Source: Mobula hypostoma
Lineage: Eukaryota
DNA length: 64,000 nucleotides
Assembly: GCF_963921235.1 (NCBI RefSeq)
Contig: NC_086110.1
Location: 13,330,001 to 13,394,000 of the forward strand
Direction: 5' to 3'
Made by a program: the position numbers and the translations under genes. Numbering within the stretch: position 1 is the first letter of the stretch; every line of letters begins with the position of its first letter. Positions 23,901 to 35,934 of the stretch are shown piece by piece. The notes below the pieces were generated by a model. The model searched no databases and was not told the DNA's origin. It saw nothing but the letters and a program-made list of their open reading frames with translations.

Positions 23901-25366
23901 GGAGACATGTATTTTGGGTTCTGCCACAGGTTCACGAGCATTACAGAGACTTCTACGCCTGCTTAGGAGATCATACAAAACAGGCAAATCCCACCCCAAA
24001 TACATCTCCACTGGTAAATTTTCCACCACCCCAATGTCATCAGATACTTTTGTCCATCTACCTCCACTGTAAGTTCTATCTGGGGCTCTGGCTTACAGTC
24101 ACTAAGTACAAATAAAACCTCTGTTCGCTGGCTGTAGTCAACAGCATAGTGCACACAACATTTTCTTATGAATGACATGGAACTACCAGAATCAAGGAGA
24201 GCAGTAAAAGTTTACCATTAACTTTTACTGGAACAGATCTTGACTCTCCCTCCCTGTCCTGGCAGTCTTAGTAAATGACTGAGTAGTGTGTTCCTTGTCA
24301 CTTGCCCCTCGATTGCGATCAAAGTTCTTCGTAAAGCTGTCCCTGGGGCGGTTGTAGTTCCTGGAATCCACCTGTGTTGGTCGTGACGGAGCCCAGTTTC
24401 TGGCGTTTAAATACTGCATGGCCAACTTCGCTGCCGTCAGTCCATCCTCCGGTTCATGTTCTCTCACCCACGTCCTGATGTCTGGAGGAAGCACCTGCAG
24501 CAGCTGCTCAGGATTATGGTCTCCCTTAGCTGATCCTTATTCCTCTGCCGTGGCTGCATCCAGCGACGACAGAGGCCCCTCAGCCGGTGATACGTCTCTG
24601 TCGGTGTCTCCCCAGATGGTGTTGAGGTGGCCCGGAACTGTTGACGGTAGGCCTCTGAAGAGATGTCAAATTTGGCCAGCAGCGCCTCCCTCAAGTCCGT
24701 ACAACAGTTAGACTTGTCTTTATCCCTGGCCGTGTAGGCCTCCAGGGCTTTCCCGGTCAGCAGGGGAATTAGTCGACAGGACCACTCCTCCCAGGGCCAC
24801 TGCCATGTTTTTGCCATGCGTTCAAAATGTAGAAGGAAATTTTCATTGTCTTCATCTTGTTGATACACTGGTATCAACCACTGGTATCTTGGGCTCCTTA
24901 CGCTGGACTACTGGAGGGTGAACAGATGGATCACCCAGTCTGTCAGGGGAAGACACCAACGATTGCCCAAAGTCGGAGGTGTCAGGTTAGCCTCCCCTTC
25001 TGGGCGCTGGAGTTGGAAGTTCCAGTCTAAGTCTCCCAGCTTCTGCTGTGGGGGACTGCCCTGCTAGGGATGGCTGTAGGATAGGCTGTCGGGAGGTCTC
25101 CAGTGAGCTCTTCTTGGAGAATATCATCTCTCTTCTGCTGGGCGGCTAAAAAGTACATGAAGAGATTTACCACCTCTCGGGTTGAGGGACCACCTTCCGG
25201 CCAAGGCCCAGGCTGCAGTTGTCGGGTTTTGGATCATGCCCCTTGTGCCTTTTCCTCTGACGTCTCCGCTGTCTCCCACTCATCCTCATTCTTCATCTGA
25301 AGTTGCTGGTTTTGAGACCGTAGCCCAGTTCGTTTTTTAAAAGCACGCTTAGTTTTGCGACTGGCC

Positions 25367-25384
25367 ATCCCACCACTGCCACCA
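25367..25384 (-). promoter_or_regulatory. Primer-binding site, tRNA-Leu
   Basis: TGGTGGCAGTGGTGGGAT, 2 nt inside the 5' LTR, complementary to the vertebrate tRNA-Leu 3' end (..AUCCCACCACUGCCACCA). Confidence 0.85.
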
Positions 25385-26379
25385 TATGTCACAAAAAGCT
25401 GTGGGTCAATTGTTTACGAAAAATAACAAGGTGGCTTGGGGCCAAAAATACATTAAGCTGCTTTTATTTACCTCAAAACAAGACAAAAACTGGAATATAT
25501 ATATATAGCTTCCCTCAGACTAAACACAAAAGAAAACAAAAACCCAAACCTGAGGCTTATAACTTTATAACTGCTAAACCCCTCCCCCTAGATCAACCAA
25601 AAGCTAATTATCTAAATTATCCAATTAAAGATGGTATGCTCCACCATCAGCACACCTGTTCAGGTTGCTGTTGCCTCTATATGAGACAGCTCCATGCAGC
25701 AGCTCTGGTTCAGACCCAGTCACTATTACTGCAGGGGATGAGTGTTTTACCGAGTGCGCCATGTGCCGCCCGTAGTCAGTGACAGGCCCTTGTCACAAAG
25801 ACACAGACACTGCAGTACTAGGAACAGGACTGAACGAGACCAGGATTCAGGGCCGAGGCTAGGACTTGGGCTAGAAGGAAGGGAACCGGACGTGGAACTA
25901 GGAACAAGGAACCTGGACTAGGACTCCGAGCCAGAGACTGGACACGGACCCGAAACTGGGTCTTGACTCGGGATCGGACCCCGGATCTAGGCGAGGAAAA
26001 GACGTGGCTACAGGATTGGACGTGGCTAGGATATCGGACAGGGCGTGGCTACAGGACTGGACGTGGAAAACCCTGCACAGGACCAGGCACATGGACAGGA
26101 CGAGAACACAAAGCCTGGACTTAGACAGGACGAGGTTCTTGGACTAGGCTTGGACTAGAAGAGACTCCTGGACAGGAGGAAGGAAATCCAGCACAGGACC
26201 AGGGATCTCCAGCACAGGACGAGTGATCTCCAGCCCAGGACGAGGGATCTCCAGCACCTTGTGGGCGAGGTACACCTGGGCTGGGCCAGGTACTGGAACT
26301 AGATGAGGACCCGAAGCTCAGATTTGGACAGGGCGGGAACACGGCGGCTGGACTTGGTCTTGGAAGACAGGAACACAGA

Positions 26380-26650
26380 GCCTCGGACGTGGACTGCACG
26401 CTCAGAGCCTTGAGCGTGGACTGGACGCTCAGAGCCTTGGACGTGGACTGGACGCTCAGAGCCTTGGACGGGGATTGGACGAGGTACTCCGGGGCAGGAC
26501 GGGGCTGTTGGACTCGTCTTAATTGGGCACTTGGGTACGGGACCTGGATTTCTCCTTGGAGCACGGGGCCGGGACCCTTACTAGGACGCAGGGCCGGGAC
26601 CCTTACTAGGACGCAGGGCCGGGACCCTTTTTTGGACGCAGGGCCGGGAT
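26380..26650. repeat. 27-bp and 25-bp minisatellites inside the solo LTR
   Basis: About 3-4 copies of GGACGTGGACTGGACGCTCAGAGCCTT, then about 3 copies of GGACGCAGGGCCGGGACCCTTACTA. Confidence 0.85.
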
Positions 26651-29264
26651 GGTTTCTTGGACGCGGGGCCAGGATGACTGCCGAGGATACTTGCCGAGGT
26701 AAACTGCCGAGCATTCGGATGGGGACGATCCAGAACAGGACGAGGAATGTCCGGTACCTGGCTGGGCGAGGCACATGGACTGGAAGTGAATACGAAGCTC
26801 AGACTTAGACAGGGCTGGAACACGGCTCCTGGACTTGGTCTTGGAACACAGGAACACAGAGCCTTGGACTTGAGCACAGGAACATAGAACAAAGAGACAG
26901 GACCCCTCCTTGGGGACAGGGCATAGGGTTAAGACTCGTACACAGAACACAGAGCTAAGTCTCCTCCTTGGGAACAGGACTTAGGGCCGTGGCTCTACCC
27001 AGAGTCAGGACCCCTCCTTTGGAACAGGACCTAGGGCTGGGACCCTTCTTTGACATGGACACTAACACAAGGGCACAAAGAGACAGTTCTAAACTCAACG
27101 ATAGATAGTTCTTTATCTTGACGTGGCAAGGCGCCGGTCTCACGCCGGCGGTGGAGCTAGACGGCGATACAGGCGAGGACGCAGGGGAGGTTGCAGGCAA
27201 GGTAGCAGGCGAAGGTAACAGACGAAGATTACAGACGAAGGTTAGTGCCGAAGTAACTGTTGAGATGAACCGCCAAAGTAACTGCCAGGGGAGGGGAAGG
27301 GAAAAGTCCAGCAGGGAATCCTTGGTTTGAGAGATATGTATGTGCCAGCCCGCAACGAGAATCGGGATCCTCAATTAAGGCACCCAACAGAACAAGGGAG
27401 AAAACAGGAAAACCCGGAACAAGGATGGGTGGACCGGACCATGAACAGGAATGCGGACTTCACGGACCAGACCATAACACTCAAGTTCCTTCTATGTTTG
27501 ATATGTGCAGGTCATTTATACACCTCAACCCTCTAGATATCATCCTATGATGGAATGGTAAACCAATAATGTACATGGCCTCCTCCTGTAGAATTTCCCA
27601 AATATTCCCATGATCTGGAAGACGGAGAGCTGCTGCAGATAATATTGTTCTGATATCTTCCCAAGATTACTAATAGGTTCTGCTGGGTTGCAACTCACAA
27701 CATAATTAACACAAATTGAACAACAGAGAAGAAAAGTAAATATAGAAGGTTTTGGAAATACCCCATTAGTTTGGCACCTTCTGTGGAGAAAAAGTAGGCT
27801 GGGGAGCATTCACCACGCAGTAAACTCGAAAAATCTTAATCTGACATTTTCCACAGCTGCTTCCTGAGTTGGTGTGGACTCTAAATTTGCTTCCATCCAC
27901 ACTCAGCTCATGCACAGCAAATACTACCCAGCTTATTTGCTACCTTGTTTTTTCGTATTTGTCATTTATAAATATCATGAAACTTCGCGATCCTAGAACA
28001 AACTCCAAATGGTCGCCAATTAGCCAATTAGTACAATATGAGTATTTTTTTTCCTGAATAGCATCTCTCAAGCCTTCACGCTCGAACAATTTCAACATTT
28101 AACTCAAAAATTATCTTCAATTCTCATTTTGTTCATCGACTCTGCTGTGGAACAGTTCTGATACGCTTTGACAATGCAGTATTAAATAAATGTACCATGA
28201 TAAAATGTCAGCATTCACAATTTCAATATAACTTTTTTTTTAACTGAGATTGCGAAGATTTCTTCCGTATTTAAAGTTAAACATTTAAAAAAAACTTTTC
28301 TCCACATTCCATATCTCTGCTCTTGTTAGTATACAGATGATAACACGGTAACACTTAATTCGCCATTTAGCATTCCGAGAATTTAAAAGGACAGAAAATA
28401 CTAGGCATATATAAGCAATACTTCTCTAGCATTTTTTTAGGATTTGTGCTTACATTCATACAAGGCAATTTGTCCTTCTCAATATCTTATCATAAACTTA
28501 AGTGATATCACTTAAATTCCGACGGGCAACTGCTTTAGCTGGAAATTATCGACAATATTTCCAGCTGGACGTTTTCACAATACATTTGTTCGGCGGATTA
28601 TAAGAGAGTTTTTCTCCTGGCATTGACTTTATTTTGTCTAGTTCAGTTCTGATGAAAGGTTTCGGTCTGAAACGTCGACTGTTTATTCATTTCCATAGAT
28701 GTTGCCTAAGGTGCTGAGTTGCTTCAGCGTTTGGTGTACTGCAGCTCTGCATTTTCAACAACTGCAGAAAAGCTTGTGTCTATAAATTTTATCCTGCCTA
28801 GGGTGACAAATCGCAATTATACAATGCTCATCGAAAAATATTCGAATATTTAAAACAGGTATTTAAGTGATATAAAAATGGTTGATATATATGTGTTCTT
28901 GAATGACATATCCTGAGTACAGAAACACATACTTTTCAGAAATTGCTTTACAAGTAGTTTACTTAAGTTAACTTTCTTACTTTTCACTTAAACGTTAAAC
29001 GCGATAACGTGGGTATCTGCAACTTACTCGCCTGAGACGGTGAAACTTCTGACCGCATAGAGTTTCCATGATGTCACCAGCTAACCGTGAGTGCAGTTAC
29101 TTTGCTCTCTATGCTGTCTCGTTTAGCAAAGACATTTTGTACTGGGTGCATCTTGTCATTGCAAAAGTAGAAAAGTTCGCCCTTGAGGATTTATAATCGT
29201 GTTTCACATGCAGAATATGTGCCTCTTTCGGCAAATAATTTACATTTCCATCACCAAACACAAC

Positions 29265-29314
29265 CACACACACACACGCACACACACACACGCGCGCGCG
29301 CGCGCGCACACACA
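29265..29314. repeat. Compound (CA)n(CG)8(CA)n microsatellite
   Basis: 50 bp of uninterrupted purine/pyrimidine alternation, including (CG)8 at 29291-29306. Confidence 0.95.
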
Positions 29315-30284
29315 ATATTGCACAATGGGTTCAATACATGTAGCATGAACGTTTATTTAGATATAGTTGTTAAATCGTTACCATATCTTAATGGAGCATA
29401 GCAAAAATAATAATTTTAAATACTTTCTGATTCTGAGTACTTCAGATAATATGACTCATGAGTGAGCTGTTAAACACACAAAAAGAGTTAGCTTACCAAA
29501 AGGAATACAAAAGAGAAGAAAAACATTAAATTCCAGAGCTGAGGTTTGGCATTGTTCGCCGTGGAAAAAAGACGATCATTTGGGGTTGGGGAATGGGGTA
29601 TACCGTAAATCAGCCGAGGTATACTTTTAGCTCTGGGCCTCGAAAAGGGGATAGAGTCTTGAGGAGCAAAAGCAAAGAGAGACTTGAAATGATGGATAAC
29701 AATTATAAAATCCTTGTTGGGTTTCGCCAAATGGCAGAGTGGGTCGGTTGTAGATAAACGGGTCTCATGCACAAATCACGCAGTTACACAGTGATGTCGA
29801 CCAACTCTTAGAATTAGTTGTCCACATTGGCCCGCATATATAGTCCCACAGTAATGTCCTCACGCCCAGGCGTGCACAAAGAAGCATAAAGTCAGACAAT
29901 TCTTCTGCATCTACTGGGACTGCAATACTCTGTTTGAAACTGTTCAATCCTATTGCTTTCCCAGCACGATAACCAGGAAAGTCGACCAATCATTGCACAT
30001 TCTCAATGACAGTGACCCGAAATTTTCTGAATTATCAAGACACTTTAATTGCTGGGACACAGCATGCCGGCACATCTAGATTTCTTAACAGTACCATTTT
30101 CATACTGATGCACCCATTGTTGACTAGACACCTTTTCATTCATCTTGCATTAACTTACGTTCCTCCAAAACTATGTGGTGTCGTACGGGGCATGTTCTCG
30201 TGATCTATCGTCCAGGACTCAGGACCTACCTTTGTTTAGTTGCCCCTGTGCTTGAAATTTACAACCGCCAAGCTCAGACCAAGT

Positions 30285-31350
30285 ATGATGATGATGATGA
30301 TTATTATTATTATTATTATTATTATTGCTTCGAGCTGGTAAAGCGAGCTAATTTCCCAACTGCCAGCAAAATTTGGATTGGTATTTAGTATTATTGATTT
30401 CTGGAAATTTCTATAAATACTGCTGTGTAGACCTAATTGTTTAATGCTTTTGTGCAATGACTTTGGGATGATATCAGTTGTGGGTATCACTATTTGGACA
30501 AGATACACCCTGTTCATGTCTCATAGTCTTTTAATATTCTCTTTTAATTTCAGGTTATTTTTACTCATTGATTTCTGTATATTATGTGTGTTTGGACTGG
30601 CTATATCTATTAAGTTTTTGCTTGTTTATCCTGTAATATTTATATGCGAACTATTATTATAGATGGTCCCATCTGTAATAATGGATTAGTTGTAATATAG
30701 CTTGCGGGACTCTGACTGTAAAACTGAACCAAACTCGTATTTATCGTAAGGTAAAGTTCCACTTCTGAGTTTGTAATTTAAAGCAAGATTTTGGTAAGGA
30801 ACGCTTTGTCGCTCGATTGCCCCTATATAAGTAATCGGATTGACTTCAACTGCTGCAAGATCCTGTAATGTGTTGGATTGTTTCTGGTTTCTCTTAGCAT
30901 TTTCTGCATGAATCGTCTTACCTTTGTTGGTTTTCCTATTCTGTATTTTTGGTATTCTTTTGTGTTAACCACCTGGTCATGTATTGTCAAGAGGAACCAC
31001 TTTGTTCTGAGAAGAGGTCTCCAACTCTTAGCCAGGCGTTCGACGCTTCCTTGATGACATCTAATTTACTCAGATCCTGAAGATGTCTCCAAGGACGGTC
31101 ATATTCTTCCATTGGTTAAGTTTCTTTCTTCTAGAGTGATAATTTCTTCATTTTTCTGGGTTTTGCTTTAATTTCAGTTTAGAGGTGTGTTTTTCTTATC
31201 AGAATTGCACGTGTTCGCCTGGAATGCTGAATCATTTTTCCATTGATGAAAGTATATCCTTAGAAGTTTTATCTGACTGTTGTACAAAGTTCATTTATTA
31301 ATGTTATTCCTCTTCCCCCTTCTGTCCCAGTTAGTGTTAATCTAAGCGCG
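30285..31350 (-). mobile_element. R4/Dong-clade non-LTR retrotransposon 3' fragment with (AAT)n(CAT)n tail
   Basis: Frameshifted motifs LTLTGTEGGRGI, FLLTIHDQVVNTKEYQKY, ETIQHITGSC (zinc knuckle), YQNLALNYKL..LPYDKY, and VQIVIPTTDIIPKSLHKSIKQLGL..QKSIILNT (restriction-like endonuclease tail). Ends in a trinucleotide run at 30285-30326. Confidence 0.75.
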
Positions 31351-31351
31351 T

Positions 31352-32732
31352 TCGAATCAGGGGCCTCAATGACTACAGACCGGTGGCATTGACCTCCCAC
31401 ATCATGAAGACCCTGGAGAGGCTTGTTCTGGAGCTGTTCGGGCCTATGGTCAGGCCACACTTAGATCCCCTCCATTTCACCTACCAGTCCCGACTAGGAG
31501 TTGAGAATGCCATCGTCTTCCTGCTGAACCGTGTCTACGCCCACCTGGACAAGCCAGCGAGCACTGTGAGGGTCATGTTTTTTGACTTCCCCACTGCATT
31601 CAACACCATCCGCCCTGCTCTGCTGGGGGAGAAGCTGACAGCGATGCAGGTGGATGATTCCCTGGTATCATGGATTATTGGTTACCTGACTGGCAGACCA
31701 AAGTACATGTGCTTGCAACAGTGTGTGTCCAACAGAGTGATCAGCAGCACTGGGGCTCCACACGGGACTGTCTTGTCTCCCTTTATCTTCACCATTTACA
31801 CCTCGGACGTCAACTACTGCACAGAGTCTTTTCATCTTCAGAAGTTTTCGGATGACTCTGCCATAGTTGCATGCATCAGCAAAGGAGATGAGGCTGAGTA
31901 CAGGGCTACGGTAGGAAACTTTGTCACATGGTGTGAGCAGGATTATCTGCAGCTTAATGTGAAAAAGACTAAGGAGCTGATGGTAGTCCTGAGGAGAGCT
32001 AAGGTACCAGTGACCCCTGTTTCCACCCAAGGGATCAGTGTGGACATAGTGTAGGATTACAAATCTCGGGGATACGAATTGACAATAAACTGGAGTGATC
32101 AAAGAACACTGAGGCTGTCTACAAGAAGGGTCAGAGCCGTCTCTATTTCCTGAGGAGACTGAGGTCATTTAACATCTGCCAGAAAATGCTTAGGATGTTC
32201 TGCAAGTCTGTGGTGGCCAGTGCGATCATGTTTGCTGTTGTGTGCTGGGGCAGCAGGCTGAGGGTGGCAGACACCAGCAGAATCAACAAACTCATTCGTA
32301 AGTCCAGTGATGTTGTGGGGATGGAACTGGACTCTCTCACGGTGGCTTCAGAAAAGAGGATGCTGTTTAAGTTGCATGCCATCTTGGTCAATGTCTCCCA
32401 TCCATTACATAATGTACTGGGTGGGCACAGGAGTACATTCAGCTAGAGACTCATTCCACCGAGATGAAGCACTGAGCGTCATAGGAAGTCATCCCTGCCT
32501 GAGGCCATCAAGCTGTACAAATCCTCCCTTGGAGGGTCAGACATCCTGAGCTAATAGGCTGGTCCTGGACTTACTTCATAATTTACTGGCATAATTTACA
32601 TATTACTATTTAACTATTTATGTTTCTATTACTATTTATTATTCATGGTGCAACTGTAACGAAAATCAATTTCCCCCGGGATTAATAAAGTATGACTATG
32701 TCTATTACTATGACTATGACTATGACTATGAC
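31352..32732 (+). mobile_element. 5'-truncated Rex1/Babar LINE (RT plus 3' UTR)
   Basis: DYRPVALTSHIMKTLERL..RVMFFDFPTAFNTI..GAPHGTVLSP..KFSDDSAIV..LNVKKTKE. AATAAAG followed by a (TATGAC)n tail. Confidence 0.92.
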
Positions 32733-33399
32733 ATTGTGCTTTCTACAATTTATAATCTTAATTCTTACTTTTCCTTGTAAATTTTCCAGATGGGCTTCGA
32801 CCCAAGATGTTATGCCGGAAGAATACGTTAATGGGTATTATTATCAATATTATTAGTATACCATTATTAGTATAACCATAGTTGCCACCTCATGCGAGTA
32901 TCCAGATATCCCGCGCGGAGTGATCAGGGATAGTTCCTTCAAACAATTGTCTTTACCATTGCAGTACACTGCAGTCTTTTTACCAACTGTTCTATTTTAT
33001 TCCCCGTTAGCATCCGGCCTTTACGGAAAATTCATCTAATTCGTTGCTTGAACATCGCTAGAAAGCTTACTGCTGTTGGCACTGCTTTTCCTAACCAGGT
33101 AAATTTTCACACCCATCTTCCATAAGTTAAGTACTCCCTTTCAAATAGTCTATTTGCACGATGATAGATTGTCTGGATATTTTCACACTCCAGATGCATC
33201 TTTTAAGCAAGCTCCCGTTCTTGAAGTGTTCCTCCTGTTTTGATCCGAGGAACAGCAATTTTTGTAGCCGCAATATTAAGTTAAAATTCACAGCGGTAAG
33301 AATAGTACTCAGACTCCCCCTACTGGCATTGCTCGGAGTAGACGTGTTTCTCGAACGGCTCCGTTCTTTTTAAATTACTGAGTCCAATCTGCTTAGAAA

Positions 33400-35700
33400 A
33401 ACTTATTTTTGGAGTATTATGATGTCTCGTGCTAAAACTTCAAGAAAAGAAGAGGATCATTCTGTGACTATGGAAGCTATTGCGGAGTTAGTTCGGAAAG
33501 CTCGGAGTGAAACGTCTGAACAACTTCCGGATGTATGTTTAAAAGTTATCCCAGAGCTTAAACGAATGGAGATTCTGCTGCAGACTTTGCAAAAAACTTT
33601 ACAGAAACATACTACTCAGATTCAAGAACATGAAGATGCTTTAACCAGACGGGATACTAAGACGGATGAATTCCAAAAGCTCGGAGATAAACAATCGAAA
33701 ATCGTTGAATCTTTAAGCCAAAGGATTGTCGCCTTGGAGAATAGATCAAGAAGGAACAATATACCAATTCTGGGTCTTCCTGAGTTGGTCGAAGGCAGGC
33801 GACCTGCAAAATTTTTTTGCAAATCTGTTGGCTCGTTTGTTTTCTGATGTTTTGGATACTCCACCAAGAATAGACGGGGCACACCGAATTCCAGTGTTTA
33901 GACCCGCCTCTCAACAAAAACCTCGACCTACGGTAATTGCTTTTCATGACTTCCAAACTGAGGTTTCTATAATTCGCCAATCTTTTCGGTATTATAAGAT
34001 TAGACTTGTCGAAGATTATTCACCTGAGGTATTAAACGAACGTTTTAAGTATAAAAAGGTTATGGTGGAGTTATATATCAAAGGTTATAAACCTTCACTA
34101 AATTATCCCGCTGGCCTCAGGATCATTTTGGAAAATGGATGTCTCAAGTGATTTCGTTCGATTGAGGAAGTGCACGATTTTCTTCAGGCCAAATCAAATC
34201 AAGAAGACTAATTGTTTATTACTGTATCATAAAAATTCCGTTTCCTTAGCCTGACCGATTCTTTGTTGTTGGATGTTTACAATCTATTGGTTTAGTACGT
34301 CTTTTTTTGAAAAATTCTCTCTTCTATTCTCGTATACTCTTATAATTAGTTTCTGTTCTTATCGGATTTTCTTTGCTGAGTTATTTTTTTCAACATGATG
34401 TTTTGAACTCTTCTTTAGCTCTCTGGAATAATATTTAGTCTATCAACTCCAGAAGTTTAAATGTTTATTTCTGCTTCATACAGTATAACCTTGTTCCCTC
34501 AGTTTGACTGATTAATTCGTTGCAATTTTGCAGTTTATTTATTTATTACTTTTCTCTTTGAATAATTTATTTTTTCGATATATTCACTTATGAGGTTAAT
34601 CGAAAATGGTTAGATCAACCTTTTTCTTCTGAGCAAATTGCACGGGTTGTCCATTCTCTGAGTTCGGGGAAGGCTCCCAGTCCTAACGGATTTTCTGGAG
34701 AATTCTACAAGGCTTTTGCGGCTTTGCTTATTCCTCATCTACCTTCTGTTCTTTCTGACTCTTTTAAATTAGGTAGGTTGTCACATTCTTTTTACGATGC
34801 CTCTATTTCACTTATTCTCCAAAGGAATAAAGATCCAATTGATTGCTCTTCCTACAGACCTATTTATTTACTTAATGTTGACGCTAAAATTTTATCTAAA
34901 CTTTTGCCTCATAGGATGTAAAACATTTTGCCTTTTATTATCTCTGATGACCAGACCGGATTTATTAAAAATCGTTATTCTCATTTTAACATTCGTCGTT
35001 TACTGAATGTTATTTATATAACGGGAGTAGGAGAAGTTGACGTTGCGACGCAGCGCGCGCTGCCTCTCCGGTGATGAATATATGTAATCTGTCAAGTAGG
35101 AGGCCGTGCACAATGCTGATTTGATGGAGGCAGACGTGAGAGCACGGAGGAACATCTGGTGACACTTCTGAAAAGCCTGCATGATAAATTTTGGATAGAA
35201 GTATTTCAAACTTCCTCGGAGCTTTTTATAGTAAACTTTAAACGCAACCCCCGACTGCCTTGTTTGGCATTGTTGGAGGAAATGATTTTACTCTTAAGTC
35301 GAATGATTTGCATATTTTGGCTTTTATTTCTCTTTTAGCCAGAAGAGTATTGTTGCTTAAATGGAAAGATGCCGTTGCACCTATTCATGCCCACTGGTTG
35401 ATTGATGTTATGTCATGTTTAAATCTAAAGAAGATTAGGTGTTCTATTTCCATACCTAGACAACATTTTTTTCACATTATGGGGACCTTTTTGGAACTAC
35501 TTTCACAATTTTCGATTTCGTCAGCCATTTCTATTGATTCTGTTGTATTTCTCTGTTCTACTGTGAAGGCCTGCAAGGAATTTTTTCTCAAGATTGTATA
35601 TGGTGATATATACATACTTGGAAAGTAAAGTTCATTTCAACTTCGAACTTTTGAGCTTTAAACTTTTCAACCAGGCATAAAACAGGAAGATATCTTTGGG
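33400..35700 (+). mobile_element. Internally deleted L1: ORF1, partial RT, C-terminus
   Basis: ORF1 LENRSRRNNIPILGLPE..IDGAHRI..KPRPTVIAFH; RT start GKAP..DPIDCSSYRPIYLLNVDAKIL..DQTGF; C-terminus ILAFISLLARRVLLLKWK. Endonuclease and most of RT are missing. Confidence 0.85.
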
Positions 35701-35934
35701 CTTGTAATGGGCTCTCCGGGCCTGTATGCGGAGTCGGAGACCATTGGGCTACAAGGCTTTTAGATGCACCTAAATTGGTTAATTATTGTTTAACGAGATT
35801 CGTTAATTGTTTATATTTCCTTGTTAGTATTATTTGAAATATCTCGGGGATTCGTGTGACTTGTATTATTTGCGAGTACGGTCCACCAGCACTATCGCTA
35901 ATTTGGAGAAATTTGCAGCCGTGGTGTTGCCCAG

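Larger units (their letters stand above)
20529..25797 (-). mobile_element. Full-length degraded Gmr1-like Gypsy LTR retrotransposon (gag-SCAN, PR, IN, RT, RH order)
   Basis: LTRs 20529-20950 and 25387-25797, TSD AAGAC (20524-20528, 25798-25802). SCAN-type gag (EAYRQQFR..LRGLCRRWMQP..LPPDIRTWVREHEP). Integrase (HLGHHKT..CKTCPEW..IAMDIVGP..YHPETDGLVERFN) precedes RT (DLCKGYWQVP..YLDDV) and RH (VQVDVSCVGIGAVL). Confidence 0.93.
20467..27479 (-). mobile_element. Solo LTR (~1.74 kb) of the same family group as the 39-51 kb array, interrupted by a Gmr1-like Gypsy
   Basis: 5-bp TSD CTCAA at 20462-20466 and 27480-27484. Ends TATCA...ATAACA. The rejoined empty site ccccaaatgcAAGACacagacactgcagtactagg and the right end ggaccggaccatgaac..cggacttcacggaccagaccataaca match the array LTR ends. 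Confidence 0.85.

Noticed and set aside
26380-26650. CRISPR-like short direct repeats
   Set aside because: Head-to-tail units without unique spacers, in eukaryotic DNA with no cas genes.
30690-30862. Apparent tyrosine-rich ITIM tail exon (..VPYQNLALNYKL..LPYDKY..KLYYN*)
   Set aside because: Adjacent frames give ETIQHITGSC and IHDQVVNTKEYQKY, so this is R4/Dong retrotransposon protein. The implied intron would be only 59 nt.
33914-33922. Perfect RSS nonamer ACAAAAACC
   Set aside because: It lies in L1 ORF1 (Gln-Lys-Pro codons), with no heptamer at 12 or 23 bp.
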